Below are positions 24,101-38,454 of a stretch of 64,000 nt of DNA, one piece after another. The notes under the pieces are model-generated. The model was not told the origin of the DNA, searched no databases, and saw only the letters and a program-made list of their open reading frames with translations. Position 1 is the stretch's first letter; every line of letters starts with the position of its first letter. The translations under genes and the position numbers were made by a program. Origin of the DNA: Felis catus (Eukaryota); assembly GCF_018350175.1 (NCBI RefSeq), contig NC_058368.1:5828001-5892000 (forward strand). The letters run 5' to 3'.

Positions 24101-27100
24101 ATTAACTGTAGTCACCATGCTTTACATTACATCCCCATGACTTACTTATTTTATAACTGGAAGTTTTCACCAATTTCACTCTTCATCAATTTCACCTTAC
24201 CACCTCTGGCAACCACCAATCTGTTCTCTATATCTGTGAGTTTGGTGTTTTGTTTTGTTTAGATTCTACATATAAGTAGAATTTTTGTCTTTCTCTATCT
24301 GACTTATTTCATTTAACATAATGCCCTCGGGGTCCATCCGTGTTGTCACTAACAGCAGAATTTCCTTGTTTATTATAATTGAATAGTTTTCCATTATATA
24401 TATATACACACACATACTACATTTTCTTTATTCATCCACTGATGGGCATTTAGGTTGTTTCAATATATTGGCTATTGTAAATAATGCCATAGTGAACATG
24501 GAGGGGGGTGTGCAGACATTTCTTTAACATAGTGATTTTGTTTCCAGAAGTGGAATTTCTGAATCATATGGTGTATCTAATTTTAGTTTTAACTGTTTTC
24601 CATAGTGGCTATACTAATTTTCATTCCCAACAACACTGCATAAGGGTTTCCTTTTTTCCACATTCTGCCAACACTTGTTGTTTCTTGCCTTTTTGATAAT
24701 AGCTGTTCTAATAGCTGTGAGGTGATATATCATTGTAGTTTTGATTTGCATTTCCCTGATGATTACTGATGTTGAGCACCTTTCCATGTACCTTTGGTCA
24801 TCTGTATGTCTTTGGGAAAATGTCTGTTCATATCTTCTGATAGTTTTTAATTGGATCGATCAGGGTTTTGCTATTGAGTTGTATGAGTTCTTTATATATT
24901 TTGGATATTACTCCTTTATCAGATATGATTTGCAAATATTTTCTCCCATTCTGTAGGTTGCCTTTTCATTTTGTTGATGGTTTCCTTTGCTGTACAGAAG
25001 CTTTCTCGTTTGATATAGTCCTACTTGTTTATTTTTGTTATTGTTGCCTTTGTTTTGGGGGTCAAATAAAAAAAATCACTAACACCAATCAAGGAGCATA
25101 CGTCCTGTGTTTTATTCTAAGAGTTCCAGGGTTTTAGGTCTTACATTCAATCTTTAATCCATTTTGAGTTAGTTTTTGTGTATGGTGCAGATAGTGGTCC
25201 AGTTTCATTCTTTTGCATGTTATTGTCGTTTTTCCAACACGTTTATTGAAGATAAACGTTGTATATTTTTGGTGCCTATGTTGTAAACTAACTGACCACA
25301 TACGTACGGGGTATTTCTAGATACAAATTTCTAGATTCAACTTTTTGGATTGTTTGTTCTAATTCTGTAAAAAATGCCATTGGAATTTTGCTAAGGATTG
25401 CCTTGAATCTGTAGTTTGCTTTAAGTAGTGTGCACATTTTAACAATATTCTTCTAATCCATAACCATAGAATATTTTTCCATTTGCTGGTGTCATCTTCA
25501 GTTTCTTTCATCAGTGTCTTAGAGTTTTCAGTTTGTAGTTTCTGTGTCTCCCTCTCTCTGCCACTCCCCTGCTCGTGCTCTGTCTCTCTTTCTGTCTCTC
25601 AAAAGTAAATAAACACTGAAAAAATAAAAAAAAAAGAAACACAACTGGTTTTTGTATATTGATTTTGTATCCTGTGATGCAGATTACTGCATTTGCTTAT
25701 TCCAGCAGGTTTTTTGATGGAGTATTTAAGGTTTTCTGTATATAATGTCATGTCATCTGCATATAGTGACAATTTTACTTCTTCCTTTCCAATTTGAATG
25801 AACTCCCTCCCCCACTTTTGTTTTGCTTAATTGCTTTGGTTAGGACGTACAATATTATATTGAATAAAAGTGGCAAGAGTGGACTTCCTTATCCTGTTCC
25901 TGATCTTGGAGGAAATGGTTTCAGTTTTTCACTGTTGATTATGATGTTAGCTGTGAGCTTGTTATATGTTGAGACCTTGTCATATGTTGTCATAGCTGTG
26001 GCCTTTATTATGTTAAGGTACATCCCTCTATACCCAGTTTGTTGAGAGTTTTTATCATGAAAGGATGTTGAATTTCATCAAGTGCTTTTTCTATATCTAT
26101 TAAGGTAATCATGATTTTTATCCTTCATTTTGTTAATGTGGTGTATCTCACTGATTAATTTGTGGATGTTGAACCATTATTGCACCCTTGACATAAATCC
26201 CACTTGATCATGGCATATGATCCTTTTAAGTTATTGTTGAATTTGGTTTGCTAATATTTTGTTGAGGATTTTGTATGTGTGTTCATCAGGGATCTTGGCC
26301 TATAATTTTTGTTTCTTGTACTGTCCTTCTGTGGTTTGGTATCAGGGTAAGTGCTGATCTTGTAAAATGAGTTTAGAAGTGTTCTCTTTTCTTCTACTTT
26401 TTGGATGAGTTTGATAAGGATTAGTATTAATTCTTCTTTAAACGTTGGGTAGAATTTACCAGTGAAACCTGGTCGTGGACTTTTGTTTATTGGGAGGTCT
26501 TTGATTACTGATTCAATTTTCTTACTGGTAATTGGTTTGCTCATATTTTCTATTTCTTCATGATTCATCTTGGTAGACTGTGTTTGTTTCTAAGAATTTA
26601 TCCATTTCTTTCAGGTTGTCCAATTGTTGGTGTATAATTGTTGATAGTAGTGTTTTATGGTCCTCTGTATATCTGTGGGATCAATTGTAATGTCTGTCTT
26701 TTTTTTTTAATTTATTTTTTTTTCAATATGACCTTAACTTTAAAAGCCTCAGGGTACAAATACAATAAAGTCATTCATTAAAATATTTAAAACTGATGGC
26801 AACATAATAACAGTTGTATTCCATACTGCTTTTTCGTCTTGGCAGGACAACTAATAAGACAGGGTTTGGGTTTTTTTTTTTTCTTTCTCAAATTTTTATT
26901 TAAATTCCAGTTAGTTAACATACAGTGTAATGTTAGTTTCAGGTGTAGAATTTCTGATTTATTTGAGTTTTCTCTCTTTTTCTTATCATGAATCTAACCA
27001 AACGTTTTTCTATTTTTTGAAAACCACAGTAGTTAATTGATCTTTTCTATTGTGTTTTTGCTCTATTTCATTTATATCTGCTCTGCTCTTTGTTATTTCC

Positions 27101-30100
27101 TTCCTTCTGCTAACTTTAGGCTTACTTCTTCTTTTTCTAGTTCCTTAAAGGGTATCATTAGATTGTTTATTTGAGATGTCTTTTGTATCTTAATGTTGGC
27201 ATTTATTGCAATGAACTTCCCTCTATAGAGCTGCCTTTGCTGCATCGTGTAAGTTTTGGTATGTTGTCTTCCCATTTTCATTTGTTTCCAGACATATATT
27301 GATTTCTTTTTTGACCATTGGTTGTTCAATAGTATATTGTTTAATCTCTACAAACTGTGAGTTTTCCAGTTTTCTTCTTGTAATTGATTTCCAGTTTCAT
27401 AGCATTGTGGCTGGAAAAGGTGCTTGATATGATTTTAGTCTTCTTAAATATCTTAAGACTTGTTTGGAGGCTGAACATATGATCTGTCTTGGAGATTGTT
27501 CCATGTGCCTTTGAGAAGAATGTATATACTTTTGCTCTGAGATGGAATGTTCTATGTGTATCTGTTACGTCCATCATCTAACAAGACATTTAAGGTCAAT
27601 GTTTCCTTGTTGATTTTCTGTCTAGGATATCTATCCATTAATGAAAGTGGGATATTAGAGTCCCCTGCTATTATTGTATTGCTGTCTATTTCTTCTTTTG
27701 GGTTTGTTAATATTTGCTTTATATATTTAGTATTCTTATGCTGGGTGCATAAATATTTACACATATTATATCCTTTTGTTGGATTAACCCTTTCTTCATT
27801 GTGTAATGCCTTTCTTTGTCTCTTGTTTTTATTTTAAAGTCTATTTTGTCTGATATAAGTATAGCTACCCTAGATTTCTTTTGGTTTCCATTTGCATAGA
27901 ATATCATTTTCTATCCCTTTGCCTTCAGTCTCTGTGTCTTTACATCTGAAGTGAGTTACCTGTAGACAACATATAGATGAGTCTTGTTTTTTTTAATCCA
28001 TTAAGCCCCTCTATTTCTTTTAATTGGATAATTTAGTCCATTTACATTTAAAGTAATTACTCATAAGTATAGGCATACCTCAGTGGTACTGCAGGTTTGG
28101 TTCTAGACTACCATAGTAAAGCTAATATTGCAATAAACCAAGTCAGATGGATTTTTTTGTTTTCCCTGTGCTTATAAAAGTCATGTTTATCCTATACTGT
28201 AGTCCAAGTGTGTCATTGCATTATGCCTTAAAAAATGTACATACCTTAATTAAAAAATAACTTACTGCTGATGACTGCTTACCATCACCTGAACTTTCAT
28301 CAAGTCATAATCACTGTTGACAGATCACCATAAAAATAGTAATGAAAATGTTTGCAATACTGTGCAAATTACCAAAATGTGACACAGAGACATGAAGTAA
28401 GCAAATGCTGTCAGAAAAGTGGTGCCAATAGACTTGTGGACACAGGATTGCCACAAAACTTCAATTTGTAAAGAGAAAAGGGGGGGAAGAAAAGCAGTAT
28501 CTGTGAAGTGCAATAAAGCAAAGCACAATAAAACAAGATATGCCTATGTGTAGTTACTGCTTATTTTTGGCTCTTTGTTGTTTTTTGGCTGTTTTGGTTG
28601 TGTACTTGTTACCATTTTGTTTGTTGTTTTGAAGGACCGTTGTCCTTCATTTCTTGCTCTCTTTTTTGTGATTTGATGGTTTTTCTGTAGTGGTATGCTT
28701 AGATGCTTTTTTATTTATTATTTTCTTTGTGTATTTATGATAGTTCTTTGCTCTGTGGTTACCATGAGGCTTACCTAAAATGATTTGTATTTGTAACAGT
28801 CTGTTTTAACTTGGTAGCAGTTGAAGTTCAAACGCATTCTAAAAGTCTGAATTTTTACTCTCCCCCCCCTTTGTTTTGTATGTCAATTTTTTCTTGTGTA
28901 TTTATTAACAAATGATTGTAATTATAGTTATTTTTTACTACTTTTGTCTTTTAACCTTCATATTGATTTATCTATCACCTTTTCAACATTAGATTATTTT
29001 GAATTTTACTATATATTTACATTTACCAATGAGATTTATACTTTTCATGGTTTTCTGTTGATTAATGCCCTATTGTTTCAGCTAAAGAAGTCCCTCTAAC
29101 ATGTCTTGTAAGGCCAGGCCCGCGGTGATAAACTCCTTTCCCTTTTGTTTGTTTCGAAAACTCTTTATCGCTCCTTCAGTTCCAGCTTTGTCAGATACAG
29201 TATTCTCGGTTGGTGGCTGTTTTCCCTTCAGCACTTTGAATATAGCATGCTACCCTCCTCGGACAATAAGTTTTGTGTCGAAAAATCGGTTGATAGCATC
29301 GCCTTGGGTGTGACAAGCTTCTTTCCTTTTGTTGCTTTCAAGATTCTTTGTCTTTGATTTTTGACAGTTTCGTTGTAATGTATCTTGGTGAAATCTTCTT
29401 CGGGTCATACCTGATGGAGATCTTTCCGCATCATGCACCTGGATGTGTAGACATACACTTTAAAGTCTCTTGGGTAACTACCTAGAAATGGGACTGTTGG
29501 GACATGGGATAAGCTTTTCTTTAAACTCATGAGAAATGCCCAGCTGTCCAGACTGTCTTTTCAACATCTGTACTTGCTCTTCGTCCTTGCCAGCGCTTGG
29601 GACCGTCACTCCTGAGTACTCACCAGGTGCCAAATATGTGGGTCTTGATTAATCACCCCATTCACTTATTTTATATTTGCCCACTTACAATTTTGCTTCT
29701 CCCTAAATAAAAAATGTGTTTGGGCCTCTTTATTCAGGTCACATCACCAGTTGCTTTTGACCCTTTCCATCTTGGTTAACAAAGTACTCCAAATATAGCA
29801 GCCATCCAGTATCGTTAAAGACTTATTCTTTGCCTTATACTTCCTGTATAAATATTCCAGATGCAGAGAAAGCCCACTTAAAACTCCAGGACAGACCAGG
29901 CTTCATGGAAGTGCCTTGAATAGAAGAAAAGGAGCATGGCACTTTTACTCAGAAGAACACCCAGGTTGTGTCAGACAATTGGAACGGATCTCTCCCTGGA
30001 GCTAGTTTAGATACAGAGATAAAAAATATTGGTACACTTTGATTCCTAGCATTCGGTCTATTCTTCTCTCAAGGCCGTCGGGTCAGGACCAGTGGGAAGA

Positions 30101-30588
30101 AGCAGCAACTGTGGAAGCGGACACTGTAATTTGGTGTCTTCTTCCCAGGCGGTGGGAGGAGGGGAGCATTTCTAGAAGCAGCCCTGGTCTTTTTCTCTGG
30201 CGGTGCCCTCCCCTGACCTCCTGTATCCCCAGCTTCGTCTAGCGGGAAGGACTCAGAGAGAGGAGCTGCTTCCCCTGCACGTCTAAACCTTTCTGCACGA
30301 ATCTGCAGGGGAAAGTGGCAGAGATTAGCAGATTCCTTGGCCCAACACAGGTATCTGGGTGTCTGTCCACCAACCACTAGAAGTTAAAATAAAGTCAGCG
30401 TGCATGAGCTTGATGCACCATCTGTTAGAATAATAGCAAGGGAGGTTGTGAAAAGGACACACCTTTCTTTGAAAATACGTGGGGTGAAATGGAAATGTGA
30501 TTTTCCAAAACGAGGCATTAAAAAAAAACAAAACCTTTTGGTGACCAGACAGGAGAAGAGAAAGCCATAAGGAGGTATCTCAAATTGG

Positions 30589-30632
<44 letters not shown>

Positions 30633-32524
30633 TGGGACTGTGTGTAGGGCACTGGCAGCCACTAAAAGGGTCTTGTCTTTCTGAGTGAGAGAGTGAGAGG
30701 AGAGGTCATAGGAAGGCAGAGAGCAGGGAGTGATATGGTCTGATTTACCCTGCCAAAGCCTCCTCCCTCTGACTGCTATGGGGAAGGCCAGAAGCAGAGA
30801 TACCTGGTAAGAGGCCTCTGCAATAATCCAGGAGAAAGATGATGGAGGCTGGACCTGGTCAAGATGGTGCGGGTTGTGAGTAGTGATCAAATTCTCAGGG
30901 GTTTTTTTTTGTTTGTGTTTTTGTTTTGAAGTAGGAACAGTCAGATTTTCTGACACGATGGGGGTGGGATAGGAGAAAGAGGATGTGAGAATGACTGCAA
31001 GATTTCTGGCCTGAGAAACTGGAAGAATGAAGTTGCCATCCGCTGAAAGGAGGATCTTACGGGAAGCTGGTGTGGCTGGGGGTGTGAAGTTCAAGAAGCC
31101 TGTTGACATGCACTTAATAAACTTGCGGAATCATGACACGTATGGAAGTGCCTGGGAGAGGAAAGGTAGAAAAAGAACAAGGAGATCAGGTTTTTAACAA
31201 AAGTCAGGATAAAGGGAAGAGCCTCACCTCTTTTCAAACGCTGTTGGAAGATGAAGTTCTTGAACCCTGCCTCTTTCCATCTTACGAACTTCTTCTAGTA
31301 ACGTTCCGTTGCAGGTATTTCTAATCCTGTATCGTATGGGAAAGATAAAAAGAACACATGAGCTTTACACGGTGTAAGCAACAATTTCTCCCTCTTGGGT
31401 AGCTGGACATCCCTTGCCTACAGGCTGTACGATGAGATGCGATGCATTGTGCCCAGCCTCCGAGCGAAACCAGAGTCTTGCTTTCCCAGCAGCTACGGGG
31501 CGTTACCAGAGGGGGTGCTGCAGCCGCCCCGAACACTGCCGACTCTCCGTGCAAGTCTGTAGATCTGGGTGTGTGTCTACGTTGCAGGGGCCGTGACTCT
31601 GGACGAGTCAATCTGCATGCATTTTATTTTATTATTATTATTTTTTTTTAATTTTTTTTTAAATTTTTTTTTCAACGTTTTTTATTTATTTTTTGGGACA
31701 GAGAGAGACAGAGCATGAACAGGGGGAGGGGCAGAGAGAGAGGGAGACACAGAATCGGAAACAGGCTCCAGGCTCTGAGCCATCAGCCCAGAGCCTGATG
31801 CGGGGCTCGAACTCACGGACCGCGAGATCGTGACCTGGCTGAAGTCGGACGCTTAACCGACTGTGCCACCCAGGCGCCCCTTAAATTTTTTTTTTAACAT
31901 TTATTTATTTTTGAGACAGAGAGAGACAGAGCATGAACAGGGGAGGGGTAGAGAGAGAGGGAGACACAGAATCTGAAATGGGCTCCAGGCTCTGAGCTGT
32001 CAGCACAGAGCCCGACGCGGGGCTCGAACTCACAGACTGTGAGATCATGACCTGAGCCGAAGTCGGACGCTTAACCGACTGAGCCACCCAGGCGCCCCAA
32101 TCTGCATGCATTTTAGCCAGACAGTTGAAGGTTCAGAGGACTGAGACGTGATTCCGTATGACTTTTTCTACCATGGTCACTAGTTGGGAATCTTGATTCT
32201 CAAGTTTTCAGCTGTGTGCTGCCTCCAACCCTCACTTCGATCAGAGAGACCTAGGACTACCTGTGCCATTCACAGCAGTCGTAAGGGCAGAGTGGATGTG
32301 TCCTGTCAGTGCTTGACCACAGGTGTGGGTTTCTGACTTGAAACCGACAAGACAGTGCTCCCCCTTTCTGTGGCAACTTGTTTTCATTAGGGTCTCTATC
32401 TGTATTCATGCACTCATCATTCATCCACTCCAGTATTAAGTTTCTTTGAGCCACAATTAGATACCAAAGCAAAAATAGACATTGTTTCTACTTTCTCTTT
32501 TTTAAATTTTTTTAACATTTGTTT

Positions 32525-32575
<51 letters not shown>

Positions 32576-35500
32576 CATGAGTGGGGGAGGGGCAGCAGAC
32601 AGAGAGGGAGACACAGAATCCGAAGCAGGCTCCAGGCTCTGAGCTGTCAGCACAGAGCCCGACGCGGGGCTCGACGTCACAAACCGTGAGATCGTGACCT
32701 GAGCCGAAGTCGGACGCTCAACCGACTGAGCCACTCAGGAGCCCCGGTTTCTGCTTTCGCAACGCTTCCGACGTATGTAGAGAGACAGTCAACAGACAAG
32801 TACACGGATGAGCCACGTCAGAGGGAAACAGGTATGATGGAAGGGGCCCCATGTGGCACCATTCCAGTGTGCGGCAGAGGCAGAAGCTTCCGAGGGTGTT
32901 AGCAAAGCCTTCTCTGGAGAAGTGGAATTTGAGCTGGGGTGAAGGAGGAGAAGCCGGTTAGTGAAGGAGGGTGTGGGAGAGCATTCTGGACAGAGGGGAC
33001 CCACTCTGGGAAACCCCTGTGGTGGGAGGGGCACAGTAAGCATGACCTGAGAGAGGCGGGGGAGACGGGGCTGGAGCAGGCCATCTGTGGCCTTGGGAGG
33101 GGTCTGGCAGGCGCTAAGAAGTGACACAGAGGACAGCTCATGGACGCCTGGGTAGTCATAGCCGCTCACATCCCCAGACAAGTACAATTAAAAAGTGCAA
33201 GAGTTTAGGCTGGTAGTAGGACTTGGTGGTTTATAAATTTTAGGCTGGCTGAGGCAGAAAATCACGGGAAGAAGGAAGATGGGGTGATTGGGAGAAATTA
33301 TTAGAGACGTCAGTGGTCAAGTTTTGGAACAAAAACCATCAAAGAATGTGATGCCACACACTTCAAAATTGGATTATAAAAGAATTAAGAAGCCGGGGTG
33401 CCTGGGTGGCTCAGTTGGGTAAGCCTCTGACTTCAGCTCAGGTCATGATCTCGAAGTTCCTGAGTTCCAGCCCTGGGTCTAGGTCTGTGCTGCGGGCTCA
33501 GAACCTGAAGCCTGCTTTGGATTTTGTCTCTCTCTCTTCTGCCCCTTCCCCGCTCACGCTCTGTCTCTCTCAAAAATAAGCATAAAAAAAAAAAATAAAA
33601 AAATAAAGAATTAACAAGCTTAAACACTAATGTATACTTGAAGAAAAACACATGTGTCTAACTGGTATGCTTCAATTTTAGGAATTTTCTAAGCTGTTCC
33701 CTAAACAAAGGAAGCTGCCTTTCTCTCTAGTCAGCAGCTGTTCTACTGATATTTTAACTTAAAACCTGTGACTGTGACGTCACTGTGTTGGCACTGCATT
33801 GAATCTCTTGAAATCCTTTTGGATTAAAGTAAAATTATGAACATGTAACAAGCGAACACTTTACCATGTTCTTCGTACGTTGACTACAAGGTTTATCTGT
33901 CTCCGGTGTATCAGGAAGTTGCTGATGGGAAGTAACTAAACAACAAACGAACAACGAAGGAAATGTAGCTAATAAGATATGGTTTGAATGTTGGAAAAGA
34001 AAAGCCATACTTTATTTGACAGGTTCAGAAGTCCGTGATTATTCATTATAAAAAGCTTTACTTACTGTATGTCTATCTAACGACATATTTGGACATCACA
34101 ATGTAAGGAAAGGTGAAGAGTGATGGAGGAGAACATTTTGTAAAGCAGTTGAAATAGAGGCACAGGCTATATTTGCTGTTTACTCGAAAGTGAACAGTTT
34201 TTGTTTTATGGAAAGAAAGTTCAAGGTAGAGTATAAACATTTTCTAACTCCTGAGAATGGATTATAAATAGTAAAATATGGCATTTGTCACTTATGATTT
34301 TTCTGTAGAATAAACAATAGAACTAAATTATCAAGGAAGTACGCATGAGAGATAAATAAAAAGATCCCAGATAATCAGGGCACCCTTCAAGCCACCACAT
34401 TTTCTCCTCGCTGCACAGCAGGAAGCCACACGGCGGGGGGGGGGCAGCAGGGATGCAGTTCACCGTGTTAGCTCTGGGATCCTGTCGACGAGGTCCTTTG
34501 TACAGCTCCTGAGGGAGAGCCTTGGGATGGTGGTTCTGGCAGTAGGTCCTAAGGGGCAAGGTCTGAAGTCTAATCTGAAGCAGAAGCGACCACCTCTGGC
34601 TCGCTGGTTTCCTCACACCCCCAGTTTCTGCACGTGTACCTGCCTCCTCAGGTCCTCCCCCTCTTACCACCCTCTGCAGCAACTTCTCTTCATTCCTTAC
34701 CTTCCTAGATTTCAGGCCGGGAAACAACAGTTTCAAGCACTTGTGTACCCAGTAAAGTATTTCTCAGGAGCTGAAATACTGCTCATTTCCAGTGACACTG
34801 TTTCCCTTTTCCCCCCACGGAAATGAGTTTCATTTCATCCATGTTATCAAATAAATAGCCACTTGTGGCCTGATTAAAAAAAAAAATACTGCTACTTACA
34901 TTTCTTTGAGAAAACGTGCCTTTAGATGCAAATAGGTGTGCAATTGAGTATTTGGAACATAATTGGCTATCGGGACCACCTACATGCATTTACATGGATT
35001 CTTCTGAAAGTCACGATGAAGACGCATGGGTCACTCCTTTTTCCTGGGAATCTTTGTCTAGTAAATTCCATAGTTATGTAAAGGATCCTAACTATTTCCT
35101 TGATAATGTGTAACTGTAGGATGGCTAAAATGTAATACTTCACAGCTCTGAAAATTATTTGGAAAGTGATCCATGGCATCGAGTGTAGGTCTTAACTTGG
35201 ATCTTTTACAACCTGTGGCTTCTGTCACTTGATTCCCCAGTGATGTCGTCATCTAGCCATAGACCCTAGATTTCCAAAGAGAGAGAAGGGTGCGCTGGAT
35301 GCTGAGGGGTCCTGTTAGAATCATCCTCTCAGTATGTTAGCATCTTCGTCTGTAACTGAGTGTGGCCAAGGTGGTCTGCAAGTTCCCAGCTGCATTTTAA
35401 AGGCAAGTAAGAGTAATCCTGAATTTTTCATTGTCTTTTTAATTACTTGAGGCCCCCCTTTTTTTTCATTGAGTAAAGATAAGTTAGCATACCACATTTT

Positions 35501-38408
35501 TTGTTTTTGTTTTGTTCTGTAATATGGTAAATAGAGGTGGGAAAATCTGCAATTCAAAGGGACTGTGAAATGTTTGAAATTTGTACTTTACTGTGTTATG
35601 TAACTCAAAGAAAGTATTTTAGTAGTAGATACAGTCTTTTAAAATCCAAATCACATGTATATTTGAATTATTTCACGTTTTTACTTAATTTTCATGTAAG
35701 TATCTCCCTAGGATTGTACCAAGATTTTTAAAAGATTTTTTTAAATGTTTATTTATTTATTTTGAGAGAGCGAGCGAGCAAAGGAAGGGGCAGCAGAGAA
35801 AGGGAGCAAGAGAATCCCAAGCAGGCTCCACACTGTCGGTGCAGAACCCAGTGCAGGGCTCAATCTCACCGACCATGAATCCTGATCGGAGCTGAAATCA
35901 AGAGTCAGATGCTTAACCAAGTGAGCCACCCAGGCGCCCCATTTGTACCAAGATTTTGAAATCATTCTGGATCATAGAATATTTTATAAGCAGGAAATAT
36001 AAGTAGAGTAGTAAAGGGGATAGATATGTTGAGGTTAAAAACAAAACAGAGCCAAAAGAACTGCTCCTAAAAGTCCGGTGGCTTTAGTGGCAGCATTTTA
36101 CAGCAACCTTGACAGATGAACTTCGCTGTGCTGTGAGTATATAGCAGTTCATTTAAAAATGCCATCTCGGGGGTGCTGGGTGGCTCAGTCAGTTGAGCAA
36201 CCGACTCTCGATTTCAGCTCAGGTTTGTGGGGTGGAGCCCCACTTAGGGCTCCACGCTGAGTGTGGAACCTGCTTAGGATTCCCTCTCTCTTCCCCTCCC
36301 CTGCTCACGCGCACGTACACACTCTCTCAAATAAATAAACGTTAAAAAAAATACAAATGCCATCTCAGATAAACAATTTGGAAGAATTGAGAAATTAATT
36401 CTTGAGAAAGCCAAATTTATGCTTTTTAAGAAATACATACTATCCATATTATACATGTGCCCAACGAGGTGTTTTAAGCAAAGTTTGATACAATGTGAAA
36501 GTGCAGGTGGTTAAGAGGATAAAAATGGAGTGTTTACAGATCCAAATCTACCCTTTATTGCCTAATAGGAGAGGACCATCCAGGAAGTTTTCAGATGCCA
36601 CAGGGCAAAAGATGACTACTTCATTCTGACGTTTTTTACCCGTAAGAGTTTGAGTTCTGAAATGGAGAAATGAATGGTGAGCTAAGAAAGAGCAGAAATA
36701 ACGCAGCTGATGTGCTGAAGAGCTCATACTGAGATATGTGTAATGCCACGTGCTGGAATTTAACACCTTTAAAAAAGTTTAACACACTTTCAGAAAGATT
36801 CAAAAACTCAAGCTCCAAGTTCCGCAGTGACACCGGCACGGAAGACACGCTTGTGCGCTGTCAGCGTGTGGCACATTCTTCATCTACGTGACAGCAGTTA
36901 ACGCCCAGTCGGTTAATTTGTTCCTCAGTAATTATTTCCGAGGTTAAACTGAAAAACTTGTGGATGGGATGCGGATTAGGATGTAGTGAGGAATAATTAG
37001 GAGAAATATATTGCACGTTAAAATGTAGTAGTTAAAAATTTCCCTAGATCGAGTACTTTATAGAAAGGTTTTTTTTTTCTTTCCAGAAAGAATCTCATCC
37101 AACTTAATAGAAATATTTATACTCAGAGATGGAATAAAGCAATGTGAAGAAAACTGCATTCTGTAAGCAAAAGAAAGTATGGAATGAAACAGGACCAGTA
37201 CATATTGCACTGGGGAAATTGATGCTGTGGTATAGATATGAAATGCTCATTTTAAAGAATGTTTTCATGTTTATTTATTTATTTTGAGGGACCGCAAGAG
37301 AGAGAGTCCCAAGCAGGCTCTGCACTGGTAGCACAGTGCAGACGTGGGGCTCGATCTCACCAACTGTGAGATCATGACCTGAGTCAAAATCAGGAGTCGG
37401 ATGCTTAACTGACTGAGCCACTCAGGCGCCCCTGAAATGGTTATTTTAGGTTGGGAGTCTTCAACGTATCCTAGTTCGGTTGAGGTTTCTGTCTCCCTAC
37501 TGGCCACAACTCTGCTAGCAGGAACACTTGGGTACTAAGTAAATAAATGCCTTTGGGGCAGCACATCCTGGAGCACTCAGATTGGAGGTGCCCCCAAAAT
37601 GGGAAATGGTATGTTTCCAGGGTTTTTTTTTTTGTTATAATTATTTTTTAAAGTCTGAGATCTGTTAATACAAAGGTGGGTATGTAACTATTAATTACAT
37701 TAGAATGGTTTCCTCCCCAAATGGCAAAACCTACTGAATGGAAGATAAGATGTACCTGTGGGAATGTGGAGAAGACATTCTGTGCCAGGGCAGAACGTTT
37801 ATGTTTCAAAATGTGATGAGATCGGAGCCATGGAGATATTCTAAGATTTGTGAGCCTGGAGACACTGGTTTTATCTCACCCCTGCACAACTTTACTCACA
37901 TTCCAAAGAGTGGGAACCCATGATCCTTCTCCTTCTCTTCCCCAGGAGAATTTGCTTCCATTAAGGAGCAAAGCCTCTCTCCTTTCTCAGGAGACAAGAG
38001 AGGAAAACTGCCGTTCTCCTGCAGAGACTCCCAGGTTCATAGTCTGGGGCTTCCTCCCCTGTGACATACCTTTCATGCTAGGAGGGCTGTCCATCCAGCT
38101 CTCCTGGCATGACCCCAGCAGGGGGGCACCAGAGTGGCTGTTGCCGTGAGTAAGCACTACTGGCTGTCTCTGCCCTGAAGCCTCCTGCTTTCAGGATCGA
38201 ATGAATAAACGTGCATATTACAAACGTATTAAGTACTTTCTCTCCACCTCCCATTGCTGACTTTGGTTGATGAGTTAATACTGATATAAAGGGTTCTTCA
38301 AACAGTTTCTTAAAAGACAGTTCTTGCTGAAGGTGGAATGAATGAAAAGACCCCCTCCCCCACACTTGCGCAAGCGCGCGCGCACACACACACGCGCACA
38401 CACACGCG

Positions 38409-38454
<46 letters not shown>

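Noticed and set aside
30384..31109. Longest ORF in the window (241 aa)
   Set aside because: L2 ORF2 remnant running through a (CA)n repeat (HTHTHT); not a gene.
34323..34826. Overlapping 137-aa and 99-aa ORFs in a GC-richer patch
   Set aside because: No recognisable homology or convincing splice framework.
34916..35113. [10 protein letters not shown] resembling a Penelope-like RT motif
   Set aside because: No flanking RT motifs in any frame that I could see; likely chance.
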